In this document: piece after piece, positions 20,575-27,840 of the stretch
How the letters are laid out: every line of letters begins with the position of its first letter
How positions within the stretch are numbered: the stretch's first letter is position 1
Source of the DNA: a virus
Taxonomy: Duplodnaviria > Caudoviricetes
Reading direction: 5' to 3' (one strand)
Virus record (IMG/VR): IMGVR_UViG_3300030330_001389
Location: 1 to 41,116 of that record
DNA length: 41,116 nucleotides
The notes under the pieces: model-generated
What the model saw: only the letters and a program-made list of their open reading frames with translations
Database searches by the model: none
Told to the model about the DNA's origin: nothing
Position numbers and translations under genes: made by a program

Positions 20575-22491
20575 CTATCTCCAATTATCTAAATCCATAT
20601 TACTTGTTTCGTACCCTGTAAAACTAGGATTGTAATCGTACCCTAGTTCTGCAAAGCGTTCTTTTTGCATACGCCTAATTGCTCTCATTGGAAACCAACT
20701 AGCCATAACTATATCTGTTTTTGTACCTATTGTTTTGCTTTTATTTTTAGCAGAACTAAAATACACTAACTGACTTGTATATAAGTTTACCTTTTCTTGT
20801 GCTTGAAAGCTAAGATATGGCAAAGAAATATTTTTTTCTTGAAACATTGGTCGCATAGCTGTAACACCATATAAAGGGTCAAATTTATTTTTAAATGTTT
20901 CGTGACCCTCTAAAAATATTCCATGTTTAGATGCAAAATCTCTAATACTTCTATCTTGTCTTATTGCTTTTTGAAATCCATTTTCTTCTATAACCCAATG
21001 TGACAAATTGTATTTTAACCACCATTCTTTAATAATATCTAATGCTTGTGGAATACCTCCACCTAGACTGTTGTTCATATCTACCATGTTTAATTTATTT
21101 TCTACTGGTTCATATGCCCACAAAAATGCAGCTTGATAACCTGTAGATGCAGGGTCTAATCCTGCTATTAATCTTGTACCATGTGGTATATGTCCTATGT
21201 CACGCTTTTGGTCACGACACTCTTCTATTTCTACTCTGTCAAATAAAGCAAGACCATCTGGCATAGCTACATTTAGATAAACCATTTCATATATTGCTCT
21301 ACCACCTGTAGTTTCTGCTGCTCTTTTTCTATCCATTAACCATTTGTAAGTTCTTTTACCAGACCACAACATACAATCTATATGTTCATCTTCGTTCCAG
21401 TCAGGTAAATTACAAGCTGTGTCGTGTGCTTCTTCTACAATTGTTTTCCAAGATTCGTTATCTAACAAATGAGAATATAAATCATCATAATGTTGCCTAG
21501 AACCAATTACAACCATAGCTGTATGTTCTTCTTTACGACTAGACAATGTTGTTGTCCACCAACTTCTTGTGTTTTCTCTTGATGCAGGTTGCATAGTAGA
21601 AGTATGGTCCTCAATGTCATCTGCAATAATTAAGTCACAATCACGAGAAAGTATTTTACCACCACGACCAATGCCTACCATTGTTGGTGATTTAATACCT
21701 GTAACTGTTCTAGTGCCTACAGTAAAACCACTTTGTGACCAGGACTTACCTGTTCTTGTTGTAGGTTTAAATTTAGGTCCTGGTCCACATATTTCTTCTA
21801 TTAACAATTCGTTACTTTCTAGTTGGTCAAGTACAGAACCTATTGCATTCTTTGCAATTTCTTCGTTACCGCCAACCCACAAAATACGAATGTTAGGTTT
21901 TGTGCATATGAGCCACACAGCAAAATGTATTAATAAATCTGTTTTACCATGTCGTGGAGGTGACAGTATCATTTGTTGGTCGCCATTTTCTATAGCATCT
22001 AAAATAGAGTTAATCCACTTAATATGAAAATCTGGTGTTTCGTATGATTCTCCTGTTTCTGTTTGAAAATATCTATCTCTAAATTTACTAAAACTTTCTA
22101 ATGATTTTTCTGCAACCTGCGGTAGTTCCCATTTATCTTGTGCAGCTTTTGTTTCTAAATCTTCTATGTATGCGTTGTATGCCATAGATACAGCAGCAAC
22201 AGTTGTTCCTAATATTTTTGCTACATCTGTTAATGTATTTTTTTCTTTAAGTATTTCTTCTGCTAAACCAGATTCAACAATGTCGTTGTAAACTTTACCT
22301 CTGCGTGATTCAACATTTTTACTAGGTATAGATAATTTTTTATCTTCTTGTTTCCATTCTATACCTTTGTCTTTAGCCCTTTTCTTTTGCATTTTAATTC
22401 TGTTAGAACATCTATCGCTACAAAATTTTGACCTGCCTTTTGGCAATACTCTATGACATCCTCCTGCGTAACATAATTTATTTTTTTCCAT
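20575..22491 (-). CDS. terL: Terminase large subunit with N-terminal Zn-finger and HTH extension
   Basis: Walker A SPPRHGKT, Walker B LIIADDIED, coupling motif GSRQHYDDLY, RNase H-like GLDPAS...IEENGFQ...TDIVMA. Confidence 0.92.
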   Translation of the reverse strand: MEKNKLCYAGGCHRVLPKGRSKFCSDRCSNRIKMQKKRAKDKGIEWKQEDKKLSIPSKNVESRRGKVYNDIVESGLAEEILKEKNTLTDVAKILGTTVAAVSMAYNAYIEDLETKAAQDKWELPQVAEKSLESFSKFRDRYFQTETGESYETPDFHIKWINSILDAIENGDQQMILSPPRHGKTDLLIHFAVWLICTKPNIRILWVGGNEEIAKNAIGSVLDQLESNELLIEEICGPGPKFKPTTRTGKSWSQSGFTVGTRTVTGIKSPTMVGIGRGGKILSRDCDLIIADDIEDHTSTMQPASRENTRSWWTTTLSSRKEEHTAMVVIGSRQHYDDLYSHLLDNESWKTIVEEAHDTACNLPDWNEDEHIDCMLWSGKRTYKWLMDRKRAAETTGGRAIYEMVYLNVAMPDGLALFDRVEIEECRDQKRDIGHIPHGTRLIAGLDPASTGYQAAFLWAYEPVENKLNMVDMNNSLGGGIPQALDIIKEWWLKYNLSHWVIEENGFQKAIRQDRSIRDFASKHGIFLEGHETFKNKFDPLYGVTAMRPMFQEKNISLPYLSFQAQEKVNLYTSQLVYFSSAKNKSKTIGTKTDIVMASWFPMRAIRRMQKERFAELGYDYNPSFTGYETSNMDLDNWR

Positions 22492-22573
22492 AATTTTTAC
22501 AATTTTTGTTCTTACACTTCATGTCATGTTTTGGTAATAACTCACTACCGCAACGAGGACATTTAATTATCAA
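22478..22573 (-). CDS. 31-aa zinc-ribbon micro-protein (TTG start)
   Basis: Translated by hand: MIIKCPRCGSELLPKHDMKCKNKNCKNYGKK; abuts upstream stop and overlaps terL start. Confidence 0.55.
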   Translation of the reverse strand: MIIKCPRCGSELLPKHDMKCKNKNCKNYGKK

Positions 22574-22717
22574 CTATTTTTTTTTGCGTTTGGGTAGTTT
22601 TTTAATTTTGCCATTGTGTGTTCTAGCAAATCTATGTGTTTTAGTTTCCATACTAGGTATAAGTGTTCCACTATAAGTTTTGCCACCCCACTTCCAACTA
22701 ACTTTTCTACCTGCCAT
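22574..22717 (-). CDS. 47-aa basic protein
   Basis: MAGRKVSWKWGGKTYSGTLIPSMETKTHRFARTHNGKIKKLPKRKKK; TAATG coupling. Confidence 0.7.
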   Translation of the reverse strand: MAGRKVSWKWGGKTYSGTLIPSMETKTHRFARTHNGKIKKLPKRKKK

Positions 22718-22893
22718 TATTTACCTACTTTCTTTTGTGCGTTTTTGTGTGCTTTAGTAAATGAAGTACCTCTTTTCATAGAGTTAGTCATAAACTGTAT
22801 ATGTTTTTTTGTATGGTGTTTAGCGTGTTTTTTCATAGTTGCCTGTTGTCTTTTAGTCAACTTAGATACATCAACACCTTTAATTTTTACCAT
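22717..22893 (-). CDS. 58-aa basic His/Lys-rich protein
   Basis: MVKIKGVDVSKLTKRQQATMKKHAKHHTKKHIQFMTNSMKRGTSFTKAHKNAQKKVGK; overlaps upstream stop. Confidence 0.7.
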   Translation of the reverse strand: MVKIKGVDVSKLTKRQQATMKKHAKHHTKKHIQFMTNSMKRGTSFTKAHKNAQKKVGK

Positions 22894-23144
22894 GCTTTAC
22901 AACTCCAATATCTAGGCGTAGTTTTATCAGTGGCAGTATCACATTTGTGTCTAGCACGAAATGATGCTCTAGCTTCTTTGTTATTTTTTCTAATTTTCAT
23001 GTTTGGGTCACCAAACATAACCTTTTTAACTTTGTCACCATCTTTAACATACACAACTGATTTTTTACGACCATGACCTGGTTCACCTTTTTTAATTGCT
23101 CTAGGTGAATTTAAAGTTACAGTCTTACCCTGATATGTTGCCAT
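22887..23144 (-). CDS. 85-aa basic phage protein
   Basis: KVMFGDP...RASFRARHKC...YWSCKAW motif, a type common in aquatic phages. Confidence 0.8.
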   Translation of the reverse strand: MATYQGKTVTLNSPRAIKKGEPGHGRKKSVVYVKDGDKVKKVMFGDPNMKIRKNNKEARASFRARHKCDTATDKTTPRYWSCKAW

Positions 23145-23254
23145 TACAATTTCTTTCTTCTTTTGTTATCTCTTAATTTTTTAAAATCAGCACCTGTAAT
23201 TTTATCAAAAGGTTTTGCTTGTTTAGCAATTTTCTTTTGTTTAGGTGATAACAT
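23144..23254 (-). CDS. 36-aa basic protein
   Basis: MLSPKQKKIAKQAKPFDKITGADFKKLRDNKRRKKL; TAATG coupling at both ends. Confidence 0.7.
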   Translation of the reverse strand: MLSPKQKKIAKQAKPFDKITGADFKKLRDNKRRKKL

Positions 23255-23325
23255 TAGTAACCCATTCTTTTACTCTTGCGTTTTGCAGAGTATCTCTTTT
23301 TTTTCTTACCTGGTTTATTAGGCAT
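23254..23325 (-). CDS. 23-aa protamine-like peptide
   Basis: MPNKPGKKKKRYSAKRKSKRMGY; AGGAG SD; first gene after the promoter. Confidence 0.65.
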   Translation of the reverse strand: MPNKPGKKKKRYSAKRKSKRMGY

Positions 23326-23352
23326 TTCTATCTCCTGTTGTTGCTTATTGTT

Positions 23353-23361
23353 ACTATAACA
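23353..23361 (-). promoter_or_regulatory. Extended -10 promoter for the packaging operon
   Basis: TGTTATAGT on minus strand. Confidence 0.55.
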
Positions 23362-23384
23362 CAAAACTCCACCGAAGTGGAGTC
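23362..23384 (-). terminator. Intrinsic terminator
   Basis: GACTCCAC-TTCG-GTGGAGTT followed by TTGTG; C(UUCG)G loop. Confidence 0.65.
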
Positions 23385-23540
23385 TTGTCGTACAGTATGT
23401 CCATTACTGTTATGAAAGAAAAAAAATAAACTTAAATCAATCACATAATCACAAACGCTATATGATGAAAAGCATACTTTCTTTTCTATTAGTTATAGAT
23501 ATTTATTTATAACTAAAACTTAGGACTTTCCTAAGTTAAA
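23362..23540 (-). ncRNA. Putative sRNA A (about 175 nt)
   Basis: TATAAT at 23549-23544; 5' hairpin AACTTAGGA/TCCTAAGTT; second hairpin TAGTTATA/TATAACTA; U-rich linker; terminator. Confidence 0.4.
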
Positions 23541-23571
23541 AATATTATAACGAGTGTTTTGCGGTTAGTGT

Positions 23572-23717
23572 AAAAAAAATTTTTTTTATTAGCTGTTTGT
23601 ACAGCAACCCCTGCTGTTGCCAGTAGGGGTTGTACTATACACAAACAAAGAAAGGAGGGCTATGAGTTAAGCACATGTTCCAGAAGGAACGAATCACTGC
23701 TCATGCCTTTCTTGTTT
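23572..23717 (-). ncRNA. Putative sRNA B with anti-SD tract (about 140 nt)
   Basis: TGTTATAAT at 23730-23722; contains CCCUCCUUUCUUUGUUUGUGUAUAGU; 3' hairpin with GCAA loop. Confidence 0.45.
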
Positions 23718-23755
23718 AATTATTATAACATAAATTATATTAATACAAATAAAGC

Positions 23756-23822
23756 TGCAGGGTTTCTGTGTGAATATGCGTAGGCGAAAGGAGGAAACTC
23801 CTACTATAACAAAAACCCTGCA
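23756..23822 (+). ncRNA. Branched stem-loop element
   Basis: TGCAGGGTTT/AAACCCTGCA outer stem; inner GTAGG/CCTAC or GGAG-GAAA-CTCC. Confidence 0.35.
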
Positions 23823-24112
23823 CTTAAATAATAGCATTTTTAAAGTAAGGTGGTATAGTAGAAAAACAAGCAGAGGTTTCTTCTTGCTTTTAGAAAAGGA
23901 ATCTTGACAATAAACACAGCAAACAAAGTGGATTAGCAGGACCATGGTAACTAGGGTGATAGCCTATTACTTCACATATATTTATTTGTTACTAATTTTA
24001 GTTCATTCTGGTTTGGGAGGGAGTGACACAGGGTTAGCACCACTATTCTTTTCTTTTATAAGTGATTAAAGATACTTACTTTATAAGTTACAATTACTAG
24101 CAATTAGGTACA

Positions 24113-24308
24113 CCACTATATGTAGTACCTTTATATAGAGTACCCCTTAACAGCATATATTTAGAGGGTGTACACACACACACAAGGCACCCCACATTTA
24201 ACCCCCCTATATCTTGTATATCCCATAAAACTACTATATATTGTACTACCATATGTCGTGGTATTGCGTACATACATACACTATATGTGGTAGTACTACA
24301 TCTAGTAT
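24113..24308. repeat. Array of six imperfect palindromes resembling NrdR boxes
   Basis: Cores CTATATGTAG 24116, CTATATCTTG 24207, CTATATATTG 24234, CCATATGTCG 24249, CTATATGTGG 24281, CTACATCTAG 24296. Confidence 0.6.
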
Positions 24309-24439
24309 GTATCAATATGTATACCTTTTGTTTCTAAACTGCGGGGTGGTGTGCTAACTATCAATAAGTAGAATCCTGGTAACAATAGAAGAACAACACA
24401 CACAGATAAGCCCAGTATTACTTAGGTTATTTTAAATAC

Positions 24440-24468
24440 TTGACAAGATATTAGCTATGTTGTATAGT
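24440..24468 (+). promoter_or_regulatory. Early promoter P1
   Basis: TTGACA-17-TATAGT. Confidence 0.8.
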
Positions 24469-24498
24469 TCTTTAGACAAACAAATTGATTGGAGAATA

Positions 24499-24888
24499 AT
24501 GAAAGAAATTAAGTATGGTAAGACAACAGTATTAGCAACTGCAGTATTACTAAGAACAGTAAGAGAAAATCTATCACAACTAGAAGAGATGAACTGGGAA
24601 AAAGGTAAGCCAGAGAATCATAACTTATTAACTAGCCATGAAGATTTTTTCAAGCTAACACAACTATCAGATAGTCTATTAGACCTTATAGGTATTGATA
24701 GTAATTTTGTAGATGAAATCACTAGAGATGGTGGAGATATTAGCGTTAGTATTTATGACCATTCTGGAGATGATACTGGATTAAGTCCGCAGTTATTTAC
24801 AACTGGAATCTATAGAGATAGTGAACTAACTAGCGACTGGTTAGGATGGTATCGCGATACACAAGAAGCGAAGAAAGAAGAAGAGTAA
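24499..24888 (+). CDS. Early hypothetical protein (start revised from 24457)
   Basis: GGAG SD before ATG 24499; the track start lies inside the promoter. Confidence 0.7.
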   Translation: MKEIKYGKTTVLATAVLLRTVRENLSQLEEMNWEKGKPENHNLLTSHEDFFKLTQLSDSLLDLIGIDSNFVDEITRDGGDISVSIYDHSGDDTGLSPQLFTTGIYRDSELTSDWLGWYRDTQEAKKEEE

Positions 24889-24901
24889 GGTATTTGACAA
24901 G

Positions 24902-24930
24902 TAGGGGAAGAAATAAAAACTCTTCCCCTA
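24902..24930. other. Perfect 10-bp hairpin between early genes
   Basis: TAGGGGAAGA-9 nt-TCTTCCCCTA directly after a TTGACA; no U-tract. Confidence 0.5.
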
Positions 24931-24962
24931 TAGAGCAAACATAAGAAATTGGAGGATAAATA

Positions 24963-25277
24963 ATGGTAGATTGGAAAGATGTTTTAACTAAAGCTGAATT
25001 GCGTTTAGCTGAATTAGAACAAACACGATTAGAAGTAGAAACAACTAATCAAGCACCTTATCTTAAGGTTACAGTACCTTATGAAACAGAGTGTATTGAT
25101 TGTGAAGTTAGCTACACAGACAGAGATGTTGAAAACGAAATTGAAGTCTATGAAGTTAATAAAATAGAAAGTGAATATCTATGCATGGATTGTGGATTTA
25201 CTTATGTTGATAAGGAAATATCTAACACAAAAATTCGTATTGATATGATTAAGGAAAAACTAAAATTTGACAACTAA
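24963..25277 (+). CDS. Early zinc-finger protein
   Basis: GGAGG SD; CIDC...CMDC flanked by coiled-coil. Confidence 0.7.
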   Translation: MVDWKDVLTKAELRLAELEQTRLEVETTNQAPYLKVTVPYETECIDCEVSYTDRDVENEIEVYEVNKIESEYLCMDCGFTYVDKEISNTKIRIDMIKEKLKFDN

Positions 25278-25295
25278 ACACACATAGTGTATAGT
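25267..25295 (+). promoter_or_regulatory. Early promoter P2
   Basis: TTGACA-17-TATAGT. Confidence 0.8.
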
Positions 25296-25324
25296 TGTTA
25301 ATACAAGCAAATTGATTGGAGAAA

Positions 25325-25597
25325 ATGAGTAAAGTAAAGACTAATAGTACTGGCAGCATGTCCAGGACTTTTGAAGATGGTGTAATACTTTTATATAGTT
25401 ACTACACAATAGTAGGTTATGTAAAAGATGGCAGAGCGGTTATTTGTTCTGGACCATATTCAACAACAACAAGCAAACATCTATCTAAGTATCGTGAGGA
25501 GTTCGGTATTGATAAAGAAGATACTTTTGAATATGCTGCATTCGTAAAACGAGCAGAGTTAGATGGTGTTAATGTCAGAGGAGGATGGAATGGCTAA
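25325..25597 (+). CDS. Early phage protein (YSY-x-T...YS-x-TTSKH type)
   Basis: GGAG SD before ATG 25325; motif frequent among phage early genes. Confidence 0.7.
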   Translation: MSKVKTNSTGSMSRTFEDGVILLYSYYTIVGYVKDGRAVICSGPYSTTTSKHLSKYREEFGIDKEDTFEYAAFVKRAELDGVNVRGGWNG

Positions 25598-25739
25598 TAA
25601 AACACATAGTTGGCAAGACATGGCTAACCTTACACATAAAACACAAGTAGAAAAATTTAACTTTTGTTTGTGTGAAGAGCAAATCCAGTTTCCATACGAA
25701 GACTGTCCAAAGGAGGATAATGAAAGCATACAAAATTAA
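25590..25739 (+). CDS. 49-aa Cys-containing hypothetical protein
   Basis: GGAGG SD; MANKTHSWQDMANLTHKTQVEKFNFCLCEEQIQFPYEDCP...; not in track. Confidence 0.55.
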   Translation: MANKTHSWQDMANLTHKTQVEKFNFCLCEEQIQFPYEDCPKEDNESIQN

Positions 25740-26127
25740 GAAAACTATGGTGCAAGAGTTTGTATCATTTGGAGAAACTAGAGAAGATGCAATAGCTAAT
25801 TTTGAATATTCACAAGGTTATGATTTTGACCAGGTGGAGATTAATGGTAAACATTTTGTTAATGGTGATGTCATTGATGGTAAAATTACTGCAACTTCAT
25901 TAGGTAGTGGTAACTTAGTAATCTTTAATCAAAAAGATTGGAAATTCGCTAAAGCTATGTGGTTACGAAATCATAATGACTCTATTAAGATTCGTGAATT
26001 TACTGGAGATGTTGTAGATGCACACGAACTAAGTTCAGAACAAGTAGCACAACATGAAGAAATAAGACAAGAGATACACGAAATAGCAGATAGATACAGT
26101 AGAAGGTTAGTTACTCCAGTCAAGTAA
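25720..26127 (+). CDS. Early hypothetical protein (start revised from 25672)
   Basis: AGGAGG before ATG 25720. Confidence 0.65.
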   Translation: MKAYKIKKTMVQEFVSFGETREDAIANFEYSQGYDFDQVEINGKHFVNGDVIDGKITATSLGSGNLVIFNQKDWKFAKAMWLRNHNDSIKIREFTGDVVDAHELSSEQVAQHEEIRQEIHEIADRYSRRLVTPVK

Positions 26128-26148
26128 CATACCAGGTATTATGCACAC

Positions 26149-26176
26149 TTGACAAGATTAGTTAAGTGTGTATAAT
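26149..26176 (+). promoter_or_regulatory. Early promoter P3
   Basis: TTGACA-16-TATAAT. Confidence 0.75.
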
Positions 26177-26204
26177 ACTATAGACAAGCAAACAAGGAGG
26201 AACA

Positions 26205-26453
26205 ATGGCTAAATATAAAAGTAGAGCTACACGACTAAGCGAAACTTTAGACATGACAGAAAAAATTGCTGATGTAGAGCAACTTAGAGAAGAGTTAGAG
26301 GAATGGTTAGACAACTTACCAGAAAACTTACAAAGTTCTAATAAAGCTGACATGTTACAAGAAGCAATAGACAATTTAGAAAATATAACAGATGAACTAG
26401 AGAACATACAGGAATTGCAACATGATGTTGAATTTCCAGGAATGTTTTCTTAA
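26205..26453 (+). CDS. Acidic helical early protein
   Basis: AAGGAGG SD; EEWLDNLPENLQSS...LQEAIDNLE. Confidence 0.75.
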   Translation: MAKYKSRATRLSETLDMTEKIADVEQLREELEEWLDNLPENLQSSNKADMLQEAIDNLENITDELENIQELQHDVEFPGMFS

Positions 26454-26463
26454 AGGAGGGTCA

Positions 26464-26814
26464 ATGGAAGATAGATTTGAAACAGTTGATTTAAAAACTG
26501 ATAAAAGAGAATCAATGAATATTCACATAAAAAAACAGGATATTCAAAGAACATACTATGAAAATAGCAGCATAGTAAAAATTACTTACACCGCAAAAGG
26601 TTGGTGGGGTACTGATAATTTTACACTTAGCAGAGATAAAACACTAAGCGAGTTTAGTAATTCTGGTGAGTGGGATGTTAGTTGGAGTTCTGGTGGACAA
26701 GATAACAGTATTAATGTTGTTACAAGATTAGAAACAGTTCAACAAATAATGGAGGATATGAAATATTTTCTAGAGTATGGAAAATTTATGAACGAAACAC
26801 AGGAGGAGAAGTAA
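26464..26814 (+). CDS. Hypothetical protein (start revised from 26422)
   Basis: AAGGAGGG before ATG 26464. Confidence 0.65.
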   Translation: MEDRFETVDLKTDKRESMNIHIKKQDIQRTYYENSSIVKITYTAKGWWGTDNFTLSRDKTLSEFSNSGEWDVSWSSGGQDNSINVVTRLETVQQIMEDMKYFLEYGKFMNETQEEK

Positions 26815-27128
26815 TGGGAAGTATGTATGCAGGAGGTATAGCAGCAACTGATATACCTTTAGAAAGACAAATAAAATTGCATTTGACTGGTAACTTTTAT
26901 CCACGACATGATGTTCGTTTAGTAGATGTTGCAGTTAAGTCTATCAATATTTATAACGAAAACATATGGGATATTGAGTTTAATGACAGTAGTTGCCTGG
27001 ACCAGGAATTACCACTAGCAGAAGGTATAGAGTTTAGAGGTAAAAACACTATCACTCCTGCAGAATGTATTGAAGTATTGAGATTAGATGCTTGGTTAGA
27101 ATTATCTGAAAAGGAGAAATGTGAATAA
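26814..27128 (+). CDS. Hypothetical protein
   Basis: AGGAGG SD, TAATG coupling. Confidence 0.65.
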   Translation: MGSMYAGGIAATDIPLERQIKLHLTGNFYPRHDVRLVDVAVKSINIYNENIWDIEFNDSSCLDQELPLAEGIEFRGKNTITPAECIEVLRLDAWLELSEKEKCE

Positions 27129-27801
27129 AAAAATTGTATTGCTAGGCGATAGCATTATTGACAATACATTATATGTAAATAAACATGATGTAGAGCAGCA
27201 TCTAAACACATTACTAGAAGATGACACTATTGTTAATCACTCTATTGATGGAAGTACAACAGTTGAAGTGTTAGATTTTATATCTACTTGTGCATTAGAT
27301 AAAGATACTACACATTTTGTTATTAGTGTTGGTGGTAACAATTTATTAGACAAAAAACAATTTTTGTTAGATAAAACTATTGATGATTGGTATAAAACAA
27401 TGCTGATACAACAAGATATATATTCTGAAATAAGTCCAGACTTAATGAATGTATTAACATACACACATTATTCAGGATATATGTTAGATGTTGAAAAGAT
27501 TGCAGTTCTTCTTCAGTATCGTTATCCAAAAGCAAAAATAATGTTTTTAGGATTGTACGAGGGTAATTCTACATGGAATCCAGAGTGGGAACCTGTAGAA
27601 CACTTGTTGCCAGGACTAATTAATACACATAATGAAAAACTACAACATATGATTGGTTCATTATCAGACAATGGTATTAATGCAAGTTATATAGACATAA
27701 CAAACACATTAAAACAAGAGGACTATTTTAATGACATAGAACCAAACGATAGCGGTGGATTATTGATTGCAGAAAAAATATCCACACATATAACTGAATA
27801 G
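27121..27801 (+). CDS. SGNH/GDSL hydrolase family protein
   Basis: LLGDSIIDN block I, SVGGNN block III, DIEP block V. Confidence 0.8.
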   Translation: MNKKIVLLGDSIIDNTLYVNKHDVEQHLNTLLEDDTIVNHSIDGSTTVEVLDFISTCALDKDTTHFVISVGGNNLLDKKQFLLDKTIDDWYKTMLIQQDIYSEISPDLMNVLTYTHYSGYMLDVEKIAVLLQYRYPKAKIMFLGLYEGNSTWNPEWEPVEHLLPGLINTHNEKLQHMIGSLSDNGINASYIDITNTLKQEDYFNDIEPNDSGGLLIAEKISTHITE

Positions 27802-27803
27802 TA

Positions 27804-27812
27804 TGTTATACT
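27804..27812 (+). promoter_or_regulatory. Extended -10 promoter
   Basis: TGTTATACT. Confidence 0.45.
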
Positions 27813-27840
27813 ATATACATAGTTATACAGAAGGATATTA

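Noticed and set aside
142-22915. Many plus-strand ORFs in the track (e.g. 142-444, 4208-4699, 5282-5905, 21569-22027, 22616-22915)
   Set aside because: Antisense shadows of long minus-strand genes, Ser/Leu/Phe-rich and without SD. The same applies to plus ORFs at 32.8-40.4 kb and minus ORFs at 26-31 kb
23756-23822. Hammerhead ribozyme (CGAAA, stem, UA)
   Set aside because: No CUGANGA core, no good stem II, and stem I is not adjacent to the putative cleavage site
24113-24308. Mini CRISPR array
   Set aside because: Repeats are only about 10-16 bp, degenerate and irregularly spaced; no cas genes
23694-24315. Track ORFs 23694-23945 and 24097-24315
   Set aside because: No SD, atypical composition, and they overlie hairpins and repeats
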